A stretch of 64,000 nt of DNA from Gammaproteobacteria bacterium (GTDB taxonomy: Bacteria > Pseudomonadota > Gammaproteobacteria > JBCCGL01). Each line of letters starts with the position of its first letter. The first letter of the stretch is position 1. Below are positions 27,548 through 38,384 of the stretch, piece by piece. The stretch is from the NCBI GenBank assembly GCA_965277715.1, contig OZ255836.1, positions 3,789,254 through 3,853,253 of the forward strand, written 5' to 3'. The notes under the pieces are model-generated. The model was given only the letters and a program-made list of their open reading frames with translations. It was not told the origin of the DNA and ran no database searches. Made by a program: the position numbers and the translations under genes.

Positions 27548-28177
27548 TTATTGTTTTTGCAGTAAACAATAAATTCCATTTGGGTTGTCGCTGGCGATGT
27601 ATAAATCTACTTTGGACTCCAGTATCTTTACAGTATTGCTTTCAGCAAGCGATCTAATATGCTCATCAAACCCCATATCAGACCAAGCCTCGGTATGCAC
27701 AGTAAAGGCGAAGTAGCCGCCTGGCCGAAGCAGGCGCAAAATTTCATCAATAGGCTTCGGGCCAACGTGACCGTACGTAAAAGTGCCAGAACTTACTGCT
27801 GCATCGTAATATTTATCAGGTAAATCAATTGGTTGGTTTAAGTCCTTGTTATAGAGTACTCTATACAAACCCCTCTTGTGGGCTATGTCCAGCATCTCAC
27901 TGGAAAAATCTATACCATCAAAAACATAATCATCGACTTTTTTTAGGTGGTAAGCCGTGAGCCCAGTCCCACAGCCTACATCTAAGATAGTGGTTGATGG
28001 TGTTAAGTAAGGTGTGATTTGCCTGGCAAGTACACCAGGAGCGACCCAATTAAGATTTTGTTCAACATGGGCATCGTAGTTTTCCGCCCAGTTTTTGTAG
28101 AACGATAAAGTATCTCCTCTATCGCACAGGAAGTAAGCTTCTGCCAGAAAAGGATCTCCATGTGGATCAGCTTTCAC
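27548..28177 (-). CDS. class I SAM-dependent methyltransferase
   Basis: Motif I ILDVGCGTGL. 209 aa. It is convergent with the GGDEF-EAL gene, and a 9-bp-stem hairpin (27548-27572) overlaps its last codons. Confidence 0.8.
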   Translation of the reverse strand: MKADPHGDPFLAEAYFLCDRGDTLSFYKNWAENYDAHVEQNLNWVAPGVLARQITPYLTPSTTILDVGCGTGLTAYHLKKVDDYVFDGIDFSSEMLDIAHKRGLYRVLYNKDLNQPIDLPDKYYDAAVSSGTFTYGHVGPKPIDEILRLLRPGGYFAFTVHTEAWSDMGFDEHIRSLAESNTVKILESKVDLYIASDNPNGIYCLLQKQ

Positions 28178-28411
28178 GGGGTATCTCCCGAATATATGGG
28201 TATGTTGCAGAGTAACATGGGCTAAAGAATAGTAACACCGGACTATAATAAATAGGACTAACTAGCCATCAACTCATCAGCCAATGCCAATATTTTAATC
28301 GTTTGATATTATTTATAGCAGAAACAATGCCTGATAGTGATTATATGTTCAACAAAAGTTGTTAGCTACCAAGGAGATTAGGCTAGCTGGAGGGGACGTT
28401 ATTGTTAGCTA

Positions 28412-29011
28412 TCAATGAAACCGGCACAACCCACGCTGATCAAACGGGACACTCGCGCTTTGCCCAAAATACGCCTGCAGTGCTGCCAATGCCTTTACAT
28501 CCTTGTTGTCACGCCAGCACTCTGCCTGTTGCAGTAGTGATGGCCTGGGGTGTTCGATACAGGCAATCATCGTCTGTAGTACGGTGATCAGGTGGCAATA
28601 GTGCGTGGCGAGACCGGCATAGAGCGTAGACGGTATATTAGTATTGCGCCGGGCCAGTTGTCGGTAAGCGTGTTGGCCCAATTGTGCACAGGCATTGCCT
28701 GGTAGATCACAATACCCTACCCACTGTGGGCACAAACCACATAACAACAGGCATTCGTCACCGAGTATTCGCAAATCGCGTTGACTCACTGTATCGAGCA
28801 TTTCGATGGCGGTGCTCTGCACTGATGCCGATGGTGCCTGATCGGCATAACGTACCATCAAATGTGTCAGGTAGCTCTGCTGTAGCTCATCGATTGTAAA
28901 TGGCTGGTGTGAACAGGCTTCGCTGATCCGTTGGTGTAATGGGTTAAATGAAGGGTGCACAGGTTTAATTTGGCCAGATTCTCTCGTCAACCTGACAGTT
29001 AGCTGCCGCAA
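28412..29011 (-). CDS. hypothetical protein (199 aa, Cys-rich)
   Basis: ORF with coding-like composition and no recognised domain. Confidence 0.45.
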   Translation of the reverse strand: MRQLTVRLTRESGQIKPVHPSFNPLHQRISEACSHQPFTIDELQQSYLTHLMVRYADQAPSASVQSTAIEMLDTVSQRDLRILGDECLLLCGLCPQWVGYCDLPGNACAQLGQHAYRQLARRNTNIPSTLYAGLATHYCHLITVLQTMIACIEHPRPSLLQQAECWRDNKDVKALAALQAYFGQSASVPFDQRGLCRFH

Positions 29012-29053
29012 AGCGAAATTCTTTAATTGTTATGCGTTTCGTGCGTGCTTCCC

Positions 29054-29980
29054 TTAGGTGTTTTCCGGGCCATTCTCAAAGGTTTCTCTGATTACCTCTA
29101 CCGTTTCAAGTGGTAAGTTGGTCGCGGTAGCAATCTGTTCATTTGACAGCCCCATAGGTATCAGCTTTTTAGCCGTTTTACGGGCGGCTATGCCTTTCCC
29201 TTTCTCCATGCCTTTCTCCATGCCTTTCTCAAGCCCTGTGCGTTCTGCCAACTGTTTTGTATATTCCATTGCATCATATTCATCCATGCGCTTTTTGTTT
29301 ACGTAGTCATAAACCAACATCTCCTGCTTGCTCCAGGCGTGCTGTTGCGCCATTTCAAAGGCCGTTTTGAACACAGGATCCTGTTGGAATAAAGCGGGAA
29401 CCTCATCCAGGGCGACGGTGTTTTTAATAAAATAAATCCATTTATCCACGACGTTATCCAGCTCATCCAGGGTTTTGTGAAATTTAGGCAGTTCAATAAA
29501 ACAAAAGGCAAAGTCATCCAAATGGTTTTTATGGGTATCGAGTATCAGGTGGTTAGACAGGTAGCGTTTACTGTCGGTACTGAAATCAAAATCCAGGATA
29601 CCGATAAAGTGTACTTTTTTTAGCTTTTGGTACTGTGCACCTTTATCAAGCTGATTAACATAGGATTTGGCCGTGTAATACAGGCTGCGTCGGGCAAAAT
29701 GCGGGCTGGGCTGCACCTGCATTTCAATAATAAAAGTACGCTGTTGCTGGTCAGTTGCCGTGACATCCAGCACGGTTTCTTTGAGGTCTTCAATTTTGGG
29801 TGGCTGGTAGGGATTGTCAAAGGACACGTCCACCACTTTAGCTCCCTCTGGGAAATCCAGCGCGGCATTGACGAAGTGGATTAACACCTCTTTATGGTTT
29901 TTGTTGCCAAAAATGCGCTTAAAGGCAACGTCATTGCGCGGGTCAGCAAATTTCATAGGGTATTGTAGCATGTGATACAC
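29054..29980 (-). CDS. Rpn-family recombination-promoting nuclease / PD-(D/E)XK putative transposase (YhgA-like)
   Basis: N-terminus MKFADPRNDVAFKRIFGNKNHKEVLIHFVNAAL is the TIGR01784-type signature. The C-terminus contains three copies of GMEK (a 12-bp tandem repeat). Confidence 0.8.
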   Translation of the reverse strand: MYHMLQYPMKFADPRNDVAFKRIFGNKNHKEVLIHFVNAALDFPEGAKVVDVSFDNPYQPPKIEDLKETVLDVTATDQQQRTFIIEMQVQPSPHFARRSLYYTAKSYVNQLDKGAQYQKLKKVHFIGILDFDFSTDSKRYLSNHLILDTHKNHLDDFAFCFIELPKFHKTLDELDNVVDKWIYFIKNTVALDEVPALFQQDPVFKTAFEMAQQHAWSKQEMLVYDYVNKKRMDEYDAMEYTKQLAERTGLEKGMEKGMEKGKGIAARKTAKKLIPMGLSNEQIATATNLPLETVEVIRETFENGPENT

Positions 29981-30106
29981 AAGTGATCATGGAAGCTGAG
30001 CGCATGGGGTTGAAAGAGTCACTGAGTCTATTTTGTACGGGCTAATGCCGCCACCTGCCGCTATAATTGAACGCTTTGTCTCTCACCGTCATTAAAGATT
30101 CGCCCA

Positions 30107-31063
30107 GTGCAGAAGTTAAATAAAAACGCCTCCGTGCAGACTTTTCAAGGCATGATCGCCGCCCTGCAAGATTATTGGGCTGGGCACGGCTGTGTTATCC
30201 ATCAACCCTACGATATGGAGGTGGGGGCAGGTACTTTTCACCCGTCCACTTTTATCCGTGCGATTGGCCCGGAACCCTGGCGCGCTGCACACGTACAGGG
30301 CTCGCGTCGGCCAGGCGATGGCCGCTATGGTGAAAATCCCAATCGCCTACAGCACTATTATCAGTTTCAGGTGATGCTGAAACCCTCACCGGATGATATC
30401 CAGGACTTATACCTCGGTTCTTTGCAGATGTTGGGTTTTGACCCGTTGGAACACGATATTCGCTTTGTCGAGGATAATTGGGAATCACCAACGCTGGGGG
30501 CCTGGGGGCTTGGCTGGGAGGTGTGGCTGAACGGTATGGAGGTGACGCAGTTCACCTATTTTCAACAGGTTGGTGGGTTGGAGTGTCGCCCGGTAACCGG
30601 CGAGATCGCCTACGGTATTGAGCGTTTGGCGATGTACCTGCAAGGTGTTGACAGTATTTACGATTTGGTCTGGGCGCAGGGGTACAGCGGGCCGGTAAGC
30701 TATGCGGATGTTTTTCACCAAAACGAGGTGGAACAGTCGGCTTATAACTTTGAACATGCGGATGTCCCCGGATTATTTGAGCAGTTTCGAATGTGTGAGC
30801 AGGCGAGTACGCGGCTGTGCGGGCTGGCATTACCATTGCCCGCTTATGAACAGGTATTGCGTGCCTCACATACATTTAACTTACTCGATGCGCGCCGGGC
30901 CATTTCGGTGACTGAGCGCCAGGGGTATATATTGCGGATTCGCACATTGGCACGACAAGTTGCCGAGGCCTATTACGCATCACGCGAAAAATGCGGCTTT
31001 CCCTTATGCGTTGACCCCCGCCATACAGAGCAGGGTGTACAGACCAGGGAGGCAGGCGAATGA
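30107..31063 (+). CDS. glyQ: glycine--tRNA ligase alpha subunit
   Basis: Near-colinear with E. coli GlyQ ([25 protein letters not shown]...[27 protein letters not shown]...). Confidence 0.95.
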   Translation: MQKLNKNASVQTFQGMIAALQDYWAGHGCVIHQPYDMEVGAGTFHPSTFIRAIGPEPWRAAHVQGSRRPGDGRYGENPNRLQHYYQFQVMLKPSPDDIQDLYLGSLQMLGFDPLEHDIRFVEDNWESPTLGAWGLGWEVWLNGMEVTQFTYFQQVGGLECRPVTGEIAYGIERLAMYLQGVDSIYDLVWAQGYSGPVSYADVFHQNEVEQSAYNFEHADVPGLFEQFRMCEQASTRLCGLALPLPAYEQVLRASHTFNLLDARRAISVTERQGYILRIRTLARQVAEAYYASREKCGFPLCVDPRHTEQGVQTREAGE

Positions 31064-33177
31064 TTGAAACGCGTGATTTGCTGATCGAGATCGGCACCGA
31101 AGAGCTACCGCCCAAATCCTTATTGACACTGGCCGCTGCCTTTGCCGAGGGCATCGTTGCCGGGCTTGTAGCGGTGGGCTTATCACCCGCCGCGCACTGT
31201 GTTTATGCAACACCACGCCGTTTGGCTGTGGTGGTTGATAGCGTACCTGTGCTACAGGCGGGCAGTGAAACAGAGCGGCTCGGCCCCGCACTTGCCGCTG
31301 CCTTTGACAGCGCGGGCGCCCCCACCAAAGCGGCTGAAGGCTTTGCGCGTTCCTGCGGTGTTGCGGTAGGTGATTTGCAACAGCGCGAGACGGATAAAGG
31401 TACCTGGTTGGTTTACACCGTTAAGCAGCCGGGCCGTCCGGTGAGTGTGTTGTTGGAAGGTATCATTGCGCAGTCGTTAGCGAAGTTGCCGATTCCAAAG
31501 CGCATGCGCTGGGGGGCGGGTGATGTTGAATTTGTGCGCCCGGTTCACTGGGTGTGTGTGGTGTTGGGTGAGGCAACAGTCGATTGCCAGGTGCTTGGTT
31601 TGTCCGCCAGTAATACCACACGCGGCCATCGTTTCCACGCCAATCATGCCATTACAGTGGATTGCGCCGGGAACTACCCTGAAATATTGCTTGCTCAAGG
31701 TAAAGTTATTGCCGATTTTGCGCGTCGTCGCACTGTCATCAGCGAGCAGATTGAGGTTTGTGCCCATGCACTAAATGGCCAGGCAATGGTGGCGCCAGGT
31801 TTGCTGGAAGAGGTCACTGCTCTGGTTGAGTGGCCAGTGGCAATCGGCGGTGGCTTTGAGGATAAATACCTCAGCGTGCCTGAAGAGGTATTAATAACCA
31901 CCTTACAGGACAACCAAAAATACTTCCCACTGCGCGATACCGATGGCAAGTTGCTGCCTGCATTTATTACGGTGAGCAATATCGACAGCGACAACCCCGC
32001 ATCGGTGCGCGAGGGCAATCAGCGCGTGGTACGCCCCCGGTTGGCCGATGCGATGTTTTTCTGGGAGCAGGATCGCAAACAATCCCTGGCGGCACGTAGT
32101 GCAGCGCTGGCATCTGTGTTATTTCAGAAACAGCTCGGTTCACTGGCCGATAAGGTTGCACGGGTTACCGCTTTGGCCGAGTGGATCACGACTGCAATAG
32201 GGGGGGATTTATCGATCACCCGCCGTGCCGCTGTGCTCTCCCGCTGCGATTTACTCACCGATATGGTAGGTGAGTTTCCCAGCCTTCAGGGCGTGATGGG
32301 CGAGTATTACGCCCGCCATGATGGTGAACCTGCCGCCGTGGCGGTGGCATTGCGTGAGCAATACCTGCCAAAGTTTGCCAGCGATGTGTTGGCCAGCAGT
32401 GATGCAGGCAGGGCACTGGCAATTGCCGAGCGCATCGATACACTGGTGGGTATTTTTGCTATTGGCCAGCGGCCAAGTGGCGTTAAAGATCCCTTTGCGC
32501 TGCGCCGTGCTGCGCTGGGGGTATTGCGTACGTGTATCGAGTGTGAATTGGGCATCGACCTTCGCGCACTGCTTGCGCAGGCGGCGGCACAATTTTCCGG
32601 GCAAACTAACAGTGATGATGCAGCATCGGCTGTATTCGATTTTATGATGGAGCGCTTAAAAGCGTATTACGCCAACAAAGCGGTGGCACCACAGGTTTTT
32701 GATGCGGTGATCGCCAGGCAGCCCGGTATCCCGCTCGATTTTGACCGGCGCATTCATGCCGTGCGCAGCTTTTCAGCGCTGCCGCAGGCGGCCAGCCTGT
32801 CAGCGGCGAATAAACGCATCCGCAATATTCTTAAAAAAGCACACATCGGCACAAGTGACGGTGATGCAGATGCCCATGATTTGGGTAGCGATAGCATGGT
32901 CGTCGACCCATCACTGCTACAGGTATCACAAGAGCGCGATTTATATGCCGCCATCAGCGGGTACAGTACACAGTTGGCACCACTACTGGCAGCAGCCGAT
33001 TACACCGCTGCATTAACGGTGCTCTCCGCGCTACGCGAGCCGGTCGATGCGTTTTTTGATGCCGTAATGGTCATGGCCGAAGACCCGATGATCCGCGCCA
33101 ATCGCCTGGCCCTGTTGCGTGATCTCGCTGAGTTATTGGGTCCTGTGGCGGATATTTCACGGCTCGATGGTTTATGA
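31060..33177 (+). CDS. glyS: glycine--tRNA ligase beta subunit
   Basis: 705 aa, overlapping the glyQ stop (ATGA). It carries GlyS motifs. Confidence 0.95.
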   Translation: MIETRDLLIEIGTEELPPKSLLTLAAAFAEGIVAGLVAVGLSPAAHCVYATPRRLAVVVDSVPVLQAGSETERLGPALAAAFDSAGAPTKAAEGFARSCGVAVGDLQQRETDKGTWLVYTVKQPGRPVSVLLEGIIAQSLAKLPIPKRMRWGAGDVEFVRPVHWVCVVLGEATVDCQVLGLSASNTTRGHRFHANHAITVDCAGNYPEILLAQGKVIADFARRRTVISEQIEVCAHALNGQAMVAPGLLEEVTALVEWPVAIGGGFEDKYLSVPEEVLITTLQDNQKYFPLRDTDGKLLPAFITVSNIDSDNPASVREGNQRVVRPRLADAMFFWEQDRKQSLAARSAALASVLFQKQLGSLADKVARVTALAEWITTAIGGDLSITRRAAVLSRCDLLTDMVGEFPSLQGVMGEYYARHDGEPAAVAVALREQYLPKFASDVLASSDAGRALAIAERIDTLVGIFAIGQRPSGVKDPFALRRAALGVLRTCIECELGIDLRALLAQAAAQFSGQTNSDDAASAVFDFMMERLKAYYANKAVAPQVFDAVIARQPGIPLDFDRRIHAVRSFSALPQAASLSAANKRIRNILKKAHIGTSDGDADAHDLGSDSMVVDPSLLQVSQERDLYAAISGYSTQLAPLLAAADYTAALTVLSALREPVDAFFDAVMVMAEDPMIRANRLALLRDLAELLGPVADISRLDGL

Positions 33178-33201
33178 GGATTGTCTGATGAAAGTTGCCT
33201 T

Positions 33202-33738
33202 ATGAAACTGGTGGTACTCGATCGCGATGGCGTAATTAACGAAAACGCGGATGACTACATCAAGTCGGCGGATGAATGGATACCGATTCCCGGTAGCCTG
33301 GAGGCCATCGCCCGGCTCAACCGGGCGGGTTATCACACGGCGGTAGCGACCAATCAGTCTGGCATTGCCCGTGGTTTATTTGGAATTGAAACGCTGCACA
33401 GCATACATAAAAAAATGGATTATCTTCTGGCGCAGCACGGTGGTCATATCGAAACGGTATTGTTCTGCCCTCACGGTCCTGATGAGGGTTGTCCGTGCCG
33501 TAAACCAAGCCCCGGTTTGTTACTGCAACTGGCTGACAGGCTGGGTATTGATTTGCGGGGCATTCCCTTTGTGGGCGATTCACTCAGTGATATTCAGGCG
33601 GCCACCCAGGCCGGTGCAACCCCTTTGTTGGTGCGCACGGGTAATGGCGAGCGCACCCTCCAAAACCGTGAGGCACTGCCTGAATCGGTGCAAGTCTTTG
33701 ATGATTTATCCGATTGTGTTAGCCAGCTATTAGCGTGA
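33202..33738 (+). CDS. gmhB: D-glycero-beta-D-manno-heptose-1,7-bisphosphate 7-phosphatase (HAD IIIA)
   Basis: MKLVVLDRDGVINEN...CPCRKP (zinc-binding Cys cluster) ...GDSLSD. The ORF extends to 33181, but M at 33202 matches GmhB N-termini. Confidence 0.85.
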   Translation: MKLVVLDRDGVINENADDYIKSADEWIPIPGSLEAIARLNRAGYHTAVATNQSGIARGLFGIETLHSIHKKMDYLLAQHGGHIETVLFCPHGPDEGCPCRKPSPGLLLQLADRLGIDLRGIPFVGDSLSDIQAATQAGATPLLVRTGNGERTLQNREALPESVQVFDDLSDCVSQLLA

Positions 33739-33748
33739 ACCGAAACCA

Positions 33749-34501
33749 ATGACAACATGCCTGCTATCGCGCCCGGTACTTTACCTGCGCTCGCTCTTGT
33801 TTCTGCTGCTTTTTGGGTTGAATACAATCGTCTATGCGCTACCGATGGTGCTCGCATTTTTACTGCCACTGATGTGGCGCTATCGCCTGCTAAAAGTGTA
33901 TCCACTGGTGAGTCTGTGGTTGTTGAAGGTTTGCTGTGGCTTGCGTTACCGGGTTGAGGGCAGGGAAAACCTGCCAGAGACCCCCTCGATTGTATTTGCC
34001 AAACACCAATCCACCTGGGAAGCCCTGGGCCTTATTTTGTGCCTGCCTGCCGCCGCCTATGTCGCCAAACGCGAGTTATTGTGGATTCCTTTTTTCGGCT
34101 GGGGAATGGCCTCTTTGCGCTATATCACTATCGACCGCAGCGCGGGCCGCAAGGCAATTGTTCATATTATCCGACAAGCCCGGGACCGGCTTGCCAGAGG
34201 CCTGTGGATTATTATTTTCCCCGAGGGTACACGCCGACCGGTGGGCGCATCCCTACAGTACAAAATGGGGGGGGCGATAATGGCTGTGAAAACGGGGGCA
34301 GCGGTTGTGCCCATTGCACTTAACTCGGGTGAATTCTGGCCACGCAGTGGGTTTATTAAATGGCCGGGTGAAATCACTCTGAGCATTGGGCCAGCGATCG
34401 AGACCCGTGACAAACAGGCCGAACAGGTGCGCGATGAAGCTCAGCAATGGATCGAAACAAAAATGGCAGAAATAGTCATTCCAGATCGTTTTCCCTACTA
34501 A
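33749..34501 (+). CDS. plsC: 1-acyl-sn-glycerol-3-phosphate acyltransferase
   Basis: Acyltransferase motifs KHQSTWE (H-x4-D/E box) and FPEGTR. Confidence 0.8.
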   Translation: MTTCLLSRPVLYLRSLLFLLLFGLNTIVYALPMVLAFLLPLMWRYRLLKVYPLVSLWLLKVCCGLRYRVEGRENLPETPSIVFAKHQSTWEALGLILCLPAAAYVAKRELLWIPFFGWGMASLRYITIDRSAGRKAIVHIIRQARDRLARGLWIIIFPEGTRRPVGASLQYKMGGAIMAVKTGAAVVPIALNSGEFWPRSGFIKWPGEITLSIGPAIETRDKQAEQVRDEAQQWIETKMAEIVIPDRFPY

Positions 34502-34563
34502 CAGGCTACGAAAGCATGTGTAATTTCAGCCGATACAATACCCGTTTCCAGTAGGATTACCGA

Positions 34564-36747
34564 ATGGATGTCTCTTCAATTCTCGACTCACTCAACCCGG
34601 CACAGCGCGAAGCGGTTGCCGCTCCCCCCGGCCCCATTCTGGTACAGGCGGGGGCCGGTAGCGGTAAAACCCGCGTATTAACCCACCGTATTGCCTGGCT
34701 TAATAGCGTCGAGGGGGTTTCACCCTTTTCCGTGCTGGCGGTCACCTTTACCAACAAGGCGGCCAGCGAAATGCGCGCCCGCGTCGAGGCGATGCTGGGT
34801 ATGCCACTTGGGCCGATGTGGATTGGTACGTTTCACGGCCTGGCGCACCGCTTACTGCGCCAGCACTGGCGGGAAGCCAGATTACAGCAGGGCTTTCAAA
34901 TTCTCGATGCCGATGACCAGTTGCGCGTGGTCAAGCGGGTACTGCGTGGCCTGGCGCTCGATGAAACCCGCTGGCCTCCCAAACAGGCTGTGTGGTGGAT
35001 CAACGCACGCAAAGACGAAGGATTGCGCGCCAAGCACCTGGAAGATCATAACGACCCCATTCGCCGCCAATACATCCGCATTTATTCGGCCTATGAAACC
35101 AGTTGTGAACAGAGTAGCGCCGTCGACTTTGCCGAGCTGTTGTTGCGGGCGCTCGAACTGCTGCGCGATAACACCGGGCTGCTCGATCACTACCGAAAAC
35201 GCTTTCAGCATATTCTGGTTGACGAATTTCAGGATACCAACGCAATTCAATATGCCTGGCTGCGCCTATTGGCGGGTGGTGCGGGCAACTTGTTTGCCGT
35301 GGGCGATGACGACCAGTCGATCTACAGTTGGCGTGGTGCCAAAGTGGAGAATATCCTCAATTTTGAAAAAGACTTTCCCGGCGCGCAGCTTATCCAGCTC
35401 GAACAAAACTACCGCTCGACCCACAATATCCTCTCAGCGGCCAATACCTTGATTGCCAACAATATGGAACGCATCGGTAAGAACCTGTGGACAGAAGACA
35501 CCAGTGGTGACCCAATAACGCGCTATACCGCCTATAACGAAATGGATGAGGCGCGCTTTGTGGTCGAGCGCATTGCGCAATGGGTGGAGAGTGGGGGGCG
35601 GCGTGATGAGTGCGCTATCCTGTACCGTTCGAATGCCCAGTCAAGAGTACTGGAAGGCATGTTGCTGGATGCCGGAATGCCCTACCGTGTGTATGGCGGG
35701 TTGCGCTTTTTTGAACGGGCGGAAATCAAAGATGCTCTGGCCTATTTGCGCCTGCTGGGCAATGAAAATGACGATGTATCGTTTGAGCGTGTGGTCAACC
35801 ACCCACCGCGTGGTATCGGTGAAAAAACCGTTAGCCAGATTCGCGAAGCGGCGCGTACCGGGCAGGTATCGATGTGGATTGCAGCACAGCAATTGATCTC
35901 GACTAATGCACTGTCTGCACGTGCGGCAAATGCAATCAACACATTTTTGGCATTAATACCCAGCTTGCGTGATACCTGCCACGAACTGCCACTGGCTGAA
36001 GTGATTGTCCACTGTGTTGAACACAGCGGTCTGCGCGGCTACTTCTCGCGGGATAAATCTGAAAAAGGCCAGTCACGCATCGAAAACCTGGACGAACTCG
36101 CCAGCGCCATCAATACCCGCACCAGCGCCTTAGACCACCAGCAGGATCTACCCGAGGAAATGTCTGAGCTGGATCAGTTCCTCGCCAACGCTGCACTGGA
36201 CGCCGGTGACGCCCAGGGGCAGGCCTGGGAGGACTGCGTGCAGCTAATGACCCTGCATTCAGCCAAAGGGCTGGAGTTTGCCGTGGTGTTTTTAACCGGC
36301 ATGGAAGAGGGCTTGTTTCCCGGCCAGCGATCAATCGAAGAAGAGGGGCGTATGCAGGAAGAGCGACGCCTGTGCTATGTCGGTATCACCCGCGCACGAA
36401 AAACGCTGTACCTGACCCTGGCAGAACAGCGCCGTCTGTATGGCCAGGAACATTACAGCATGGCCTCGCGCTTTCTGGGGGAAATCCCCGCAGAACTTAT
36501 TCAGGATGTTCGCCCGCGTGCCTTCGTCACCCGGCCAACGTACCAGCGCGCCCACGCCGAGGCATTTATTGCCGGGCCTGCCCCGGAGGGGGTCAGTGTC
36601 GGCCAGCGGGTTAATCACGCCAAATTTGGCGAGGGTATGGTCACCGGGTTTGAAGGGCAGGGTAGCCATGCCCGCGTGCAGGTACATTTTGCCAATGCCG
36701 GTAGCAAGTGGCTGGTATTGGCTTATGCGAAGTTGGAAATACTTTAG
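34564..36747 (+). CDS. uvrD: DNA helicase II (UvrD/Rep family)
   Basis: Helicase motif I AGAGSGKT, II, and the rest, over 727 aa with full-length similarity. Confidence 0.9.
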   Translation: MDVSSILDSLNPAQREAVAAPPGPILVQAGAGSGKTRVLTHRIAWLNSVEGVSPFSVLAVTFTNKAASEMRARVEAMLGMPLGPMWIGTFHGLAHRLLRQHWREARLQQGFQILDADDQLRVVKRVLRGLALDETRWPPKQAVWWINARKDEGLRAKHLEDHNDPIRRQYIRIYSAYETSCEQSSAVDFAELLLRALELLRDNTGLLDHYRKRFQHILVDEFQDTNAIQYAWLRLLAGGAGNLFAVGDDDQSIYSWRGAKVENILNFEKDFPGAQLIQLEQNYRSTHNILSAANTLIANNMERIGKNLWTEDTSGDPITRYTAYNEMDEARFVVERIAQWVESGGRRDECAILYRSNAQSRVLEGMLLDAGMPYRVYGGLRFFERAEIKDALAYLRLLGNENDDVSFERVVNHPPRGIGEKTVSQIREAARTGQVSMWIAAQQLISTNALSARAANAINTFLALIPSLRDTCHELPLAEVIVHCVEHSGLRGYFSRDKSEKGQSRIENLDELASAINTRTSALDHQQDLPEEMSELDQFLANAALDAGDAQGQAWEDCVQLMTLHSAKGLEFAVVFLTGMEEGLFPGQRSIEEEGRMQEERRLCYVGITRARKTLYLTLAEQRRLYGQEHYSMASRFLGEIPAELIQDVRPRAFVTRPTYQRAHAEAFIAGPAPEGVSVGQRVNHAKFGEGMVTGFEGQGSHARVQVHFANAGSKWLVLAYAKLEIL

Positions 36748-36786
36748 CCTAAACGTCTCAGTTGAATCATATAACAGTCTCCGCCA

Positions 36787-37941
36787 ATGAAAATAAACAG
36801 CAAACTGCCCCAGGTCGGCACCACCATTTTTACCGTTATGTCCGCGTTGGCGGCGAAACACAATGCGATCAACCTGTCGCAGGGGTTCCCCGACTATAGC
36901 CCACCTGAGGCGTTGGTTGAGGCCATGTGCCAAGCCTTGCGCAGCGGTGCGCATCAGTATGCACCCATGATTGGTTTGCCCGCACTGCGCGAACAACTGG
37001 CACTGAAAATCCAGCAACGCTACGCCCGTACCGTTAACCCGGACACCGGGATAACCATCGGTCCCGGTGCCACCGAAGCCCTGTACTGTGCGATTACGGC
37101 CCTAATCGGCAAAGGCGATGAAGTCATCGTGTTTGACCCGGCATATGACAGTTATGCACCCGCCATTACACTAGCCGGTGGCCGCAGTGTGCACCTGCCG
37201 CTAACGATGGGTGATTTTCGCATCGACTGGCAACGCGTGCACGATGCCATCAACCCACGCACACGGATGATCATCATCAACACACCGCATAACCCGACGG
37301 GCACAATATTGGCGCGTGAGGATCTTGATCAATTGGCCGAACTCACGCGTGATACCGATATTGTGGTGCTTTCTGATGAGGTATATGAATACCTGGTCTT
37401 TGATGGCCACCAACACGCCAGCGTAATGTCTCACAGCGAGCTGTTTGCCCGTAGCGTCGCTGTGTTTTCATTTGGCAAGACGTTTCACGCCACCGGCTGG
37501 AAAACCGGTTACTGTGTGGCACCGCCAGCATTAATGGCAGAAATACGCAAAGTGCACCAGTTTGTCACCTTTGTTGCCAATACGGCAGTACAGCATGCAC
37601 TGGCCACGTTTTACGTTGAAGATACCCAGCACCTCAGTGGCCTGGCTGATTTTTACCAACAAAAACGGGATGTGTTTTGTGCTGGACTAGCGCACACAAA
37701 ATTTACCTTTACACCGTCTACCGGCACTTTTTTTCAGTTGGTCGATTACAGCGCGCTAAGCGATAAAACAGACACCGATTTCTGTAATGCGATTACCGCA
37801 CTGGGGGTTGCTGCCATTCCACTCTCACCATTCTACAACGACCCACCGCAACATCGTTTGGCGCGTTTTTGTTTTGCTAAAAATGACGAAACACTGCGAC
37901 AGGCGCTGGCATTGCTGGCTGAGTTTGATCAAGTAGCGTGA
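36787..37941 (+). CDS. PLP-dependent aminotransferase, YbdL-like methionine aminotransferase
   Basis: N-terminus MKINSKLPQVGTTIFTVMSALAAKHNAINLSQGFPD closely matches E. coli YbdL. The PLP-Lys region is SFGKTF. Confidence 0.85.
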   Translation: MKINSKLPQVGTTIFTVMSALAAKHNAINLSQGFPDYSPPEALVEAMCQALRSGAHQYAPMIGLPALREQLALKIQQRYARTVNPDTGITIGPGATEALYCAITALIGKGDEVIVFDPAYDSYAPAITLAGGRSVHLPLTMGDFRIDWQRVHDAINPRTRMIIINTPHNPTGTILAREDLDQLAELTRDTDIVVLSDEVYEYLVFDGHQHASVMSHSELFARSVAVFSFGKTFHATGWKTGYCVAPPALMAEIRKVHQFVTFVANTAVQHALATFYVEDTQHLSGLADFYQQKRDVFCAGLAHTKFTFTPSTGTFFQLVDYSALSDKTDTDFCNAITALGVAAIPLSPFYNDPPQHRLARFCFAKNDETLRQALALLAEFDQVA

Positions 37942-38013
37942 ATATACAGTTGGCGTATACCTGTATTGGTTAGCAAGGTATTCTCACCGCCTGTATCGCA
38001 CTCACTTGCCGCC

Positions 38014-38325
38014 CTAAACCCGACAGGCGCCTAGTTTTTCCTCAACACTCGCAATTTTGTCCTGGATAGACTGCTCGCGGTCAGTGCGGGTGCCTACGCG
38101 CAGTGTTGAACCACAACGCGCCACACCCATTGCATGCATTTTTTCATGGCAGGCTTTAACTGCCGCCATCACTTCATCCCACTCGCCCTCGACATTGGTG
38201 CCATAACCGTGCATATGGTGCGTGAGGCCCGCTCCATCAAAAATCTTTTGGCACTCGGCCACGTATTTTGATACAGACAAACCGACGTTTGCCGGGCTGA
38301 CACAGATATCAATCATCACTTTCAT
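38014..38325 (-). CDS. MTH1187/YkoF-family (UPF0045) thiamine-binding-like protein
   Basis: 103-aa ferredoxin-like fold family, with MKVMIDICVSP...HGYGTNVEGEWDEVM characteristic of this family. Confidence 0.65.
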   Translation of the reverse strand: MKVMIDICVSPANVGLSVSKYVAECQKIFDGAGLTHHMHGYGTNVEGEWDEVMAAVKACHEKMHAMGVARCGSTLRVGTRTDREQSIQDKIASVEEKLGACRV

Positions 38326-38384
38326 TTTATTGGCCTTATCGATACGATTATTTGTTACGCTAATGCGTTCTTAAAAATACACAC

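Noticed and set aside
29200-29245. Short 12-bp x3 tandem repeat (GMEK x3) considered as a possible CRISPR or minisatellite
   Set aside because: It lies within a coding region and is only 3 units with no spacer structure. It is a simple codon-repeat expansion, not a CRISPR array. No CRISPR-like repeat-spacer array was found anywhere in the window.
36331-37017. 228-aa ORF on the minus strand overlapping the uvrD 3' end and the aminotransferase 5' end
   Set aside because: It is antisense to two well-supported genes with strong homology and has no motifs, as is typical of GC-rich antisense ORFs. Many similar antisense ORFs across the window were ignored for the same reason, for example 196-612, 1029-1253, 5517-6005, 30552-30875 and 46724-47317.
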